From: a candidate division WOR-3 bacterium
Lineage (GTDB): Bacteria > Hydrothermota > Tepidihabitantia > Tepidihabitantales > Tepidihabitantaceae
Assembly (NCBI GenBank): GCA_965648905.1
Contig: CBFGIT010000038.1
Span: 1 to 22,757 of the forward strand
Length of the DNA: 22,757 nucleotides
Direction: 5' to 3'
Shown here: in pieces, positions 1-8,300 of the stretch
How the letters are laid out: every line of letters begins with the position of its first letter
Numbering within the stretch: position 1 is the stretch's first letter
The notes under the pieces: generated by a model
What the model saw: the letters and a program-made list of their open reading frames with translations, nothing else
The model's database searches: none
Told to the model about the DNA's origin: nothing
Program-made: the position numbers and the translations under genes

Positions 1-1
1 A

Positions 2-661
2 GTCATCAACTACGTCCGCGACCGTCGGTCGGCACTTCGGGTTATGGCCGAGTGTCGGACTCTGGGCGTACGCGCCATCGCGGTTCGGGCCGACGTCGCC
101 TCTTCGGCCGCAGTCCGGAACATGGTAAGAAAAGTCGGGTCGGTGTTCGGCCGCGTCGACATCCTCGTTGCCAATGCCGGCATCTGGGAAGAGTCCGCCA
201 TCGAACACCTCGATGACCGCCAACTGGCGCGAACCATCAACATCAACATCAAAGGCGTCTTCGCCTGCTGTCGCGAGGTCGTGCCGCTGATGAAAGCCCG
301 ACACACCGGCCGCATCATCCTGGTCTCCTCGACCGCGGGCCAGCGCGGCGAGGCTTTCCACTCCCACTACGCCGCGAGCAAAGGCGCGGTCATCAGCCTG
401 ACCAAGTCCCTGGCCCCGGAACTTGCCCGCTACGGCATCCTTGTCAACTGCATCGCGCCGGGCTGGTTTGCGACCGACATGTCGGCGCCGACGATGAGTT
501 CGCCGCGCTTGCGCCGGGCCGTGCTCGACACCATCCCGCTCCGGCGCATCGGCCGACCCGAAGAGTTCGCCGGTGCGGTCCTGTTTCTCGCTTCTGACCT
601 CTCAACGTTCGTCACCGGCGAAATCCTGAACGTCAACGGCGGAGCCGTGCTCTGCGGCTGA
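2..661 (+). CDS. SDR family NAD(P)-dependent oxidoreductase (FabG-like), 5'-truncated by the window edge
   Basis: Frame is open from position 2 (VINYVRD...). Contains 'DILVANAG', catalytic YxxxK ('YAASKG'), 'VNCIAPG' and C-terminal 'FVTGEILNVNGG'. The N-terminal GxxxGxG lies upstream of the window. Confidence 0.93.
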   Translation, partial: VINYVRDRRSALRVMAECRTLGVRAIAVRADVASSAAVRNMVRKVGSVFGRVDILVANAGIWEESAIEHLDDRQLARTININIKGVFACCREVVPLMKARHTGRIILVSSTAGQRGEAFHSHYAASKGAVISLTKSLAPELARYGILVNCIAPGWFATDMSAPTMSSPRLRRAVLDTIPLRRIGRPEEFAGAVLFLASDLSTFVTGEILNVNGGAVLCG

Positions 662-678
662 CACCGGAAGAGCCGCCG

Positions 679-1410
679 GTGAACACCGAACCCGGCTCCA
701 GGCCGGCCCGCCATCGCCTCGGTACGGTCGCGACAATCATCGTCCTGACCGCGCTCGCCCTGCTGCTGGCGTTGGCCGGTCGCTCGCTCTGGCACTACTT
801 TCGCCATCCGGCCGAACTGCGCGCCGTGGTTCAGAGCTGGGGCGCGTGGGCGCCGCTCGGCATCATCCTGTTTCAGATGCTCCAGGTCGTGATTGCCCCG
901 CTCCCCGGCAACGTCATGTCATTCGCGGCCGGCTATGCCCTCGGGCTCTGGCCCACGATTATCTGGCTGATGGTCGGCGTGCTCCTCGGCGCGACCGTTG
1001 ACTTTCTCTTGGCCCGGCTGCTCGGACGCCGGCTGATAAGATACCTGGTTCCGGCCGAGCGGCTCGCACACCTCGACTCGGTCATCCTCCGCCGGGGCAC
1101 GTTCTATGTCTTCCTCCTGCTCCTGATTCCGAACCCGCTCGGCGATTGGATATACTATCTTGCCGGTCTTACCGCCCTGCCCTTGCCGGTTTTCCTCCTG
1201 CTCGTCCTTGTCGCGCGGCTACCGTCCAACCTGCTCGAGTGTGCTCTGGGCTCGGGTGCGACCCGCTTTGCCTGGCAGCACTGGGTCATACTCGCGGTGA
1301 TTGGCGGACTCCTTGCGCTGCTCTACTTCGCGAACCAGCGCCGAATCGAGGCCTGGCTTGAGCGCCTCGCTGACAAAGGACGTCCCAAGACCAGCCGCGA
1401 CGCGAACTAG
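679..1410 (+). CDS. TVP38/TMEM64 (VTT/DedA-like) inner membrane protein
   Basis: Multiple hydrophobic segments. 'GAWAPLGIILFQMLQVVIAPLPG', 'AAGYALG', 'FLLARLLGR' and 'IYYLAGLT' match the TVP38/SNARE-associated pattern. 17 bp after the SDR gene. Confidence 0.88.
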   Translation: MNTEPGSRPARHRLGTVATIIVLTALALLLALAGRSLWHYFRHPAELRAVVQSWGAWAPLGIILFQMLQVVIAPLPGNVMSFAAGYALGLWPTIIWLMVGVLLGATVDFLLARLLGRRLIRYLVPAERLAHLDSVILRRGTFYVFLLLLIPNPLGDWIYYLAGLTALPLPVFLLLVLVARLPSNLLECALGSGATRFAWQHWVILAVIGGLLALLYFANQRRIEAWLERLADKGRPKTSRDAN

Positions 1411-1502
1411 CATTCGCTTCTGTAACCGGCTCTGCTTCTGCTCACGGCACCGACCTTCACCTCGCCCTCGACACTGACAGCCGAACCGGCTCAAGCGGCA
1501 CC

Positions 1503-1700
1503 GTGCCTTCTGGCTTTCCCACTGGCACTGAATCCGCTGCTGACTCCGGCTTCACGTCCGGCAACTCGCCCGCCCTGCCAGCCATAGCACTGCCTGTAGT
1601 CGAACCCGCAGCCCGAATCGCAGCCGCAACTGGCACCAGGGACGACTCCCGGAGCCACTCCCCCCACCAGATTCGAAGCCGGACTGCAGACGCGGCTCAG
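1503..1700. repeat. Degenerate 12-bp-period tandem array (units like NNNCCNACNGGC)
   Basis: gtgccttctggc/tttcccactggc/actgaatccgct/gctgactccggc/ttcacgtccggc/aactcgcccgcc... Translates as tetrapeptides MPSG-FPTG-TESA-ADSG-FTSG. Confidence 0.55.
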
Positions 1701-1964
1701 TGACCTAAGTCGCGTAGATAAGAGTGTTAGGTTATACAGGACATGAACGACGCTGGCCGACTCGGATCGCTGACCCGGCGTCGCGGAGCGGTGCTCATCC
1801 TGACTGGCTTCACCCGCAAGCACCAGACGGCAGAGGACTAGTGACGGGAAAGAAGGCCCACGCCGCGTGGTCTGCCGTGCGAACAGACCCATCACCCGTT
1901 TGGGCAGGGAGCGGACTGCAGATGCTTCAGTCACGACAAGCGCTCGGAGATGGGAAGCTGGGTC

Positions 1965-1992
1965 TTGACTGTCGGCGGTCCGCTGGTACATT
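1965..1992 (+). promoter_or_regulatory. sigma70-type promoter of the methyltransferase (leaderless)
   Basis: TTGACT (1965-1970), 16 bp, TGG-TACATT (-10 at 1987-1992, extended -10), then 5 nt to the in-frame GTG at 1998. No Shine-Dalgarno. Confidence 0.65.
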
Positions 1993-1997
1993 TGACC

Positions 1998-3308
1998 GTG
2001 CCAAGGCACAAGCGTACGTCACGTCGCATCACAAGTGAAGGCCGCGTTCGCAAGCCAGCAGCCCTGTACGATGCCTCAGTTAACGAGGAGAACGGCGAGC
2101 AACTCCTCGCCCGCGATGCGCCCCTTGGCTACAACCCGGTCTACGACGCACCGCCATTTACTGACTTCGCGGGTGTCTCGCCCGACACGTTCTTGGAGTC
2201 TCTCAATCTTAACTGGCGCGAACGCGACCTACCTGAGCGTATCAGAACAAAGCATGTGCATCGGTTGCACCCGTATCTGGGCAAGTTCATTCCCCAACTC
2301 GTGGAGATATTCCTGCGCAAGTACGCGCCGAGGCGCGTTTGCGACCCATTCTGTGGCTCAGGCACCACCCTTGTCGAGGCTTCCGTGCTCGGCATTGACT
2401 CGGTAGGGTGTGACATTTCCCCCTTCAATTGCCTGCTTACTGCGGTCAAGACAGCCAGGTACGACGTCCCGGCACTGGAACGCGACATACGCGGCATCAT
2501 GCGCGAGTTCAGCGAGTTGGCACGCGCTGGCCAGCAGCAATCCCTGTTCGGAGACCACGTGCGCAGGACCAGCGACAATGCGTATCTGACAGAGTGGTTC
2601 CACCCGCAGGCTTTGTCGGAGCTGCTGACGTTCCGTGACTTGATTCCGCTTCACGAGCACCAGGACTTGCTCAAGGTCATCCTGAGCCGCGCGGCCCGCT
2701 CCGCACGCCTGACCACGCACTTCGACCTAGACTTCCCGAAGCGACCGCAGACCGAGCCCTACGAGTGCTACAAGCACGGCAGAACCTGTTATCCCACAAC
2801 CAGCGCGTATAAGTTCATTGTGCGATACTGCTGGGATGCGCTTTCCCGCGTTCGTGAATACACCCGGCTGCGCAAAGACGTGAAGGCAACTGTCATCAAC
2901 GGTGACGCTCGGTGCATCAGGTTTCCGAGAATCGACATGGTCATGACTTCCCCACCATACGTGGGGCTGATTGACTACCACGAACAGCATCGCTATGCCT
3001 ACGAACTCCTCGGGCTCAGTCGCGAGCACGAGCCGAAGGAAATAGGACCCGCCAAGCGAGGGACATCGGCGGCAGCAAGGCAGGCCTACGTCGATGGGAT
3101 TGTTGAGGTTCTGCAGCACACCCTCGACCACATGACGCCTAACGGCGTGATGGTCATAGTCGTCGGCGACCGGCACAACCTATACGGCACGATTGCCAAC
3201 AAGCTCGGTATTCGCACCGAGCACATTCTGCGGAGGCACGTGAACCGCAGAACCGGCAGGCGAAGCACGGATTTCTTCGAGAACATCCTTGTATGGAGGA
3301 GAAGTTGA
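1998..3308 (+). CDS. Type II DNA methyltransferase, alpha class, probably N4-cytosine (M.MjaII-like)
   Basis: 'HPYLGKFIPQL' then motif I 'DPFCGSGT' near the N-terminus, with motif IV 'TSPPY' C-terminal (alpha order; SPPY is typical of m4C MTases). Start moved from ATG 1950 to GTG 1998 because of the promoter position. Confidence 0.9.
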   Translation: MPRHKRTSRRITSEGRVRKPAALYDASVNEENGEQLLARDAPLGYNPVYDAPPFTDFAGVSPDTFLESLNLNWRERDLPERIRTKHVHRLHPYLGKFIPQLVEIFLRKYAPRRVCDPFCGSGTTLVEASVLGIDSVGCDISPFNCLLTAVKTARYDVPALERDIRGIMREFSELARAGQQQSLFGDHVRRTSDNAYLTEWFHPQALSELLTFRDLIPLHEHQDLLKVILSRAARSARLTTHFDLDFPKRPQTEPYECYKHGRTCYPTTSAYKFIVRYCWDALSRVREYTRLRKDVKATVINGDARCIRFPRIDMVMTSPPYVGLIDYHEQHRYAYELLGLSREHEPKEIGPAKRGTSAAARQAYVDGIVEVLQHTLDHMTPNGVMVIVVGDRHNLYGTIANKLGIRTEHILRRHVNRRTGRRSTDFFENILVWRRS

Positions 3309-3311
3309 CCC

Positions 3312-4166
3312 GTGGAGGATGACATTCAAGCCGGAGACAAACGCGTAAGCATCAAGGTCGCGATACAGGCAGTCATTACTGCGATGATGGAACGGGTAAT
3401 GGAGAAGGTGCTCGTCGAAGACCCTTTTCTCGTGGACAAACACCATGCGAAGCGCCCTCTCTACGCAGCACTGGTGCCGGATGAAGTCTTCAAGGGCTCA
3501 CACTTCGAGAGGAGGTTCGTCACGCCATTCGGAAGCGCCTGGGAGTCTCTTGCAAGGGTAGCGGCGGAACTCGGCATGGGTTTCGGGGCGACAGGCTTCG
3601 AGGTTACCGGCACAGTGGGCGAAGAACGACTGCGCCGCATAATGAAAACCCTGAACCGCCTGGAGCATCCTCCTAAGGGAAGCCAACGCATCAAGCCTGA
3701 CTGGAGCAGAGAACTGTCATACGTGTTGGCTGGACAAGGCAAGGCCGTGCCCGTGACCGTTGTGTGCGACGTCTACGCGAAAAACACAAGGACTGGTGAC
3801 AGCTACGCCTTCGAGCTCAAGGCTCCCCTTCCTAACAGCGACCAGACCAAGGTCAGCAAAGAGAAAATCCTCAAGCTCTACGCTATGGAACCTCGCAAGG
3901 TGACTGCCGCCTACTACGCCTTACCATACAACCCGTATGGCCACAGAGCCGACTACGCCTGGGCCTTTCCGGCTCGGTGGTTCAACATGAAGGAAGATGA
4001 AGTCGTGCTCATCGGCGATGAGTTCTGGGATAAGATCGGAGGCAGGGGTACATACAAGTCATTCATCGCTGCTGTCAATGAAATCGGCCCGAAGTACCGC
4101 GAGCGCATCTACCGGGAGTTCCTAGAAATGGAGCCTCCGCCCGGCGGCACCGATGTAAGCTTGTAA
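3312..4166 (+). CDS. Type II restriction endonuclease, TdeIII/MjaII family
   Basis: PD-(D/E)xK-like core 'CDVYAK...FELKAPLPNSDQ', plus 'FERRFVTPFG', 'ALPYNPYG' and 'VLIGDEFWDKIGG', which I recognise from the TdeIII family. 3 bp after the MTase, with SD GGAGGAG upstream of the GTG. Confidence 0.85.
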   Translation: MEDDIQAGDKRVSIKVAIQAVITAMMERVMEKVLVEDPFLVDKHHAKRPLYAALVPDEVFKGSHFERRFVTPFGSAWESLARVAAELGMGFGATGFEVTGTVGEERLRRIMKTLNRLEHPPKGSQRIKPDWSRELSYVLAGQGKAVPVTVVCDVYAKNTRTGDSYAFELKAPLPNSDQTKVSKEKILKLYAMEPRKVTAAYYALPYNPYGHRADYAWAFPARWFNMKEDEVVLIGDEFWDKIGGRGTYKSFIAAVNEIGPKYRERIYREFLEMEPPPGGTDVSL

Positions 4167-4189
4167 CGAGCAGAAAGCGACTGGGTAGT

Positions 4190-4872
4190 TCGGGGACCTT
4201 CGCAATTGACACCGGTCACGGGAGTCCGGGGAGTGCGGCCTGAGATACAACGCCTGGCACGGCCGCGGGGCATTACCAGTGTTACCCTGACCTGCGCCTG
4301 GCTGAGTCCGGTTTCGGGTGTGCGCCCCTGAACAACTCGAGCCGCCCGGGCATGGCCGGACGGCTCGGTTTCATGACACTGGTTTGCATATGGCTGTAAC
4401 CCCCAATTGCCGATGTTTCGGCCCAACCGGGCGGCACTCGGCAGTCACAGAGTCGAGGGCCTCCGAACCTATGGTGTTGTCTAGACCGAGCCGGTTTTTC
4501 TTCTTGCCGGTCCAGAGGCCCTCAACTGATTTCCACCCCGAGGCCTGAGCGCGAGCAGGGCGCAGGCGAGCTGACCGGCCTGCCCGCGCTCGAGTTTCGC
4601 TCAGTGTCGCTGAGAAGAGACCGGGCGCAACTCGGGCGGTGACAAGTTTCCTAACGGGCTTGTCCATTCGGTCCGGTCCGTTTCCGCTGGACATCCAGAT
4701 TGCGTGCTGCCACTGCCCGAGTGCGCCCGTGACGCCGACTCCAGGGTCGAGGCGCAGACCCGGAGTTCTGGCGTAATTCGATTGGCTGGTGTGTGGACGC
4801 CGCATCCCCCGGGCACTCGGCGCGAACCGGCACAAGTACTCAGGTTACTGAGTATCATCGTCTTCCCGGTTC
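4190..4872 (+). ncRNA. Putative large structured non-coding RNA or hairpin cluster (unassigned)
   Basis: About ten back-to-back or nested inverted repeats, e.g. 4622-4641/4711-4729 (19 bp), 4451-4463/4515-4527, 4275-4284/4374-4383, 4547-4559/4579-4591. No convincing protein ORF across most of the region. Strand is tentative. Confidence 0.4.
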
Positions 4873-4985
4873 CGTCCATTATCGAACGAACGTATCAGGA
4901 ACGCGATTCCAGCGCCAAGCAGGCCTAGGGCGACAACGACTGAAGTCAGACTGACCAGGCAGTTCGTGCTCCATAGTCCACACAC
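4845..4985 (-). CDS. Putative 46-aa single-pass membrane peptide (not in ORF track)
   Basis: GTG...TAA gives MCGLWSTNCLVSLTSVVVALGLLGAGIAFLIRSFDNGRNREDDDTQ: a ~20-aa hydrophobic stretch followed by a charged tail. Possible promoter TTGACC (5046-5041), 19 bp, TACTAT (5021-5016). No clear SD. Confidence 0.4.
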   Translation of the reverse strand: MCGLWSTNCLVSLTSVVVALGLLGAGIAFLIRSFDNGRNREDDDTQ

Positions 4986-5172
4986 CGCTGTTTCAGTGCA
5001 CGACCTGTGCCCGGGATAGTACAGGCTGTAAGTGATGGCCGGTCAAGGGAAACAGCAATCAACCGTCTGATTCTTGACCATGAGTTGTCGGTTCTGCAGC
5101 AGCAGGCTGTCTGATATCAAACACTGCTGACACCCGCTGGCCAGGACCGAGCTCAGCAGCGGGGTGGTCTCG

Positions 5173-5201
5173 TTGACTGGGCCGAGCGTTCGAGGTATAA
5201 T
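5173..5201 (+). promoter_or_regulatory. sigma70-type promoter of the large secreted protein
   Basis: TTGACT (5173-5178), 17 bp, TATAAT (5196-5201). SD AAGGAG at 5311-5316 before ATG 5323. Confidence 0.8.
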
Positions 5202-5322
5202 TAGCGTCGTAACTTAGCAGAGAACGACCTGACCGAAGGCAACTGAATCGACCCCAGCCAGCCCAATCGAGGCGGCCGGTTGTTTCAGCATGGTGCTGAA
5301 CCATCAGCAGAAGGAGCATAAG

Positions 5323-8300
5323 ATGTCACGTTGGGTAGTCACCATTACGCTGTTTCTGGCAGTGGCAGCAACCGCGGCTGCTGCACTCAAGCCTTTGAAC
5401 AAGTCTGCTCGCGGCCCACGCCGGCCCAGTGCTGGTCTATTGCGGGGCGGAGGCCCGGACGATTTCGGCTATGAATTCAAGGACGACCGGGAACCAGGCG
5501 GGCCGACGTTTGCCTGGATTGACACGGTCAGTGCCGAGAGTCTGCCGCTCGCCGGCGACGACACGGTCGGGCTGGTGCGGCTGCCGTTTCCGTTCCGGTT
5601 CTACGGCCGGGTCTATGACAGCGTCTGGGTCTGCACCAACGGCTGGCTTTCGTTCGGCGCTCATCCGGGCACGAGCCGGTATGAAAACGAGTCGGTGCCG
5701 TCGCCCAATCTGCCCAACAATGCCGTGTTTGCGTTCTGGGACGACCTCGCGGTCGGCGAGTTCTTCAACGGCAGTATCTATACCCGCGCCGTCGACACCG
5801 CGCCGAATCGGAAGTTCGCCATCATCTGGCAGGATGTCATCTGCAATTTCGTGCCCGACCCAATTACGTTCGAGGTCGTCTTCGACGAAGCCGATTCGAG
5901 CATCACCCTGCAGTACCTGGATGTCATCTGCAGCGACCCGTACAGCGACTCGGGCGGCACCGCAACGGTCGGCATCGAAAGCGACACGACCCTCTTGCCG
6001 GCGCAGACCGGTCTGCTTTACTCCCTGGATGAGAAGGCGCTCGAGGGCGGACGGGCAATCCGGTTCTCGCTTGTGCCTCAGGTCGGTAACGACGTCGGGG
6101 TCCACGCAATTCTTGCGCCGACCGGACACAACCGCACCGGGGTCAGCATCACGCCGACCGCGCTGGTCAAGAACTACGGGCTGAACCCGCAGGCCAACGT
6201 GCCGGTGCGTTGCTCGATCTTTGGACTGCGCGGTGCACTGCGCTACAGCGATGAGTATGTGGTCTCATCGATTCCGGCGAGCAGCAGCCTGCTTGTCTAC
6301 TTTGACCCCTGGCTGCCGACCATTGCCGAGACGTGCAACGTCGTGGTGAGTACCTGGCTTCCTGGTGATGAGCGACCGGGCAACGACCGGTTGCAGCGTC
6401 GATCGGCTGTCCATCAGGCCCACTTCTACGGCGGCCCGGATGCCGGGTTTATGCGCTGGCTCGATTCCGACACCAGCGCCGGCCCGACCTATGCCTGGCA
6501 TGACATCAGCGCTACGGGCACACCGGTCGTGTTTCATGACTACGACAACGCGGTTGCGCCGATTCCGATTGGTTTCGGGTTTGGCTTCTACGACTCGACC
6601 TACACCACGGTCTATGTTGGCACCAACGGCTATCTGATGTTCGGGTTCGGGATGGTGCGCATCAACAACGAGTCGATTCCGAGCGAGGGGGCCCCGAACA
6701 ACGCTATCTACCCTTTCTGGGACGACCTTGACTGCATCGGTCCGGGCCGGGTCAGGTACCAGGTTTTCGGCAGTGCGCCCAATTGTACGCTGGTCGTCTC
6801 TTATGACAGCGTCCGCATCGTTGACGGCGGTGATTCTTCGCTTTCGTTCCAGGTCTTGCTCTGCCAGGGCAGCAATGACATCATCATGCGCTACCGCGAC
6901 GTTCAGACCGGCTACGCTCCAGTCGAGTACGGCATGTCAGCGACGGTCGGTATCGAATCCCCGCGCGGCACTACCGGGCTCTGCTATCTGTTCGGCAGCG
7001 ATACCATCGCCTCACCGATGGGCAACCTGCTTTCTGCCGGCCGCGCCATCCGGTTCTACTTCGGCGGCCGGGAAGGCGACATCGGCGTCACCGGGATTAT
7101 CGCGCCTTCAGGCTACGTCTATACCAACTCCCGCCTTGTGCCGCGCGTCCGCTGCCGCAACTTCCATACGATGCCCAGCGACTTCCGGGCCTTCATGTTC
7201 CTCGAGGACCCGAACGGGATCCGGGTCTATGCCGAGTCGGTACTGGTCTCGCGCCTGGCCCCACTGACCGACACGGCTGTTTCGTTCCCCTGGTGCAGCA
7301 CCGGCACGAATGTCGGCCGCTGGAACGTCAAGTGCTCGACCTTCTGCGTTGCCGACACCTATCCGCCGAACAACGTCCTGGCCGACACGTTCACGTTGAC
7401 CGCACCAGCCGGCATCTGGACCGAGAAAGGTTCGATGCCCGACCTGCCGTCGGGCCGGCGGCCCAAGGATGGAGCCTGGCTGGTCTACGACTTCGCGCGC
7501 AGCCGGGGCTATGCGGCCAAGGGCAACAAGACCCCGGACTTCTACACTTACAGTCCGATGCTCGATACCTGGGTGAGTCGCAGCGGCCTGCCGCTCGGTC
7601 GGGAGCAGAAGCTGCCGGGCAAGGGTGCGGCCGGCTGTGCGACCGGGGCCGGCTACGTTTATGCCGTCAAAGGCAACAATAGCTGCGGGTTCTACCGTTA
7701 CGACATCGACGCCGACACCTGGCTTCAGATGCGCGACGTTCCGCTCGGCACGAACAACTACAAGGTCAAGGGCGGTTCAGGCCTGGTCTACGTTGAGAAG
7801 TCGGGCAAAGGATACGTCTACCTCCTGAAAGGCACAAAGTCGGAGTTCTACCGCTACGACGTTGCGACCGACTCCTGGATTGCCCGGGGTGATGCACCGC
7901 GGGGCATGGCGGCCAAGTGGGACAAGGGCTCGTGGCTTGTGTACGACGGCGGTCACACCATCTATGCCCACAAGGCGAAGTACCACGAACTCTGGGCCTA
8001 CGACACCGACGCCGACACCTGGCGACCAGCGCCGCTTGCCGGCATGCCGTTTCAGGGACGAAGTGGCCGCAACAAGAAGTCCAAGGACGGCGGCTGCGGT
8101 GCCTGGTTCCACGGCTCGGTCTACGCGCTCAAAGGCGGCAACACTCAGGAGTTCTGGAAGTATGTTCCCCACAGCGACTCCTGGGTCGAGCTGGACACGG
8201 TCCCGGCGTTCGGCTCGTCTGGTGCCCGTCGCAAGATCAAGGCCGGCTCGAGCATCTGCGGTATGACCTCGGGTCTCGGCGTGCTCAAGGGCAACAAGAC

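Noticed and set aside
1701..1734. Integron attC site (ACCTAAG ... GTTAGGT)
   Set aside because: Far shorter than known attC sites, the left box lacks AAC, there are no L boxes, and there is no integrase or cassette array.
1950..1997. ORF-track starts at 1950 (MTase), 5290, 9512 (speB), 9824 (lpxB), 16920 (mvhA) and 18086
   Set aside because: The extensions overlap promoters or opposite-strand genes and lack family similarity. Downstream starts fit the promoter or SD positions.
4233..4872. Group II intron (GTGCG 5' motifs at about 4233, 4320 and 4721)
   Set aside because: No domain V (AGC/CGC triad hairpin with GNRA loop and AC bulge) on either strand and no reverse transcriptase ORF. GTGCG is common in GC-rich DNA.
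4190..4872. RNase P RNA, tmRNA, SRP RNA, CRISPR array or retron msr-msd
   Set aside because: No GAGGAAAGUCC, no tRNA-like ends, no repeated identical units with spacers, and no cas or RT gene in the window.
4930..4985. Group I intron core (CAACGACTG ... ATAGTCC resembling P7 R/S elements)
   Set aside because: The pair flanking the P7 bulge would be A-C, I could not build convincing P3/P4/P6 helices, there is no interrupted host gene, and the segment is at least as well explained by the minus-strand membrane peptide ORF.
5202..5322. Riboswitch in the ~115-nt leader of the large secreted protein
   Set aside because: Only short hairpins (e.g. TTCAGCA/TGCTGAA at 5284-5300) and no recognisable aptamer consensus. 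An Rfam scan would be needed to exclude it fully.
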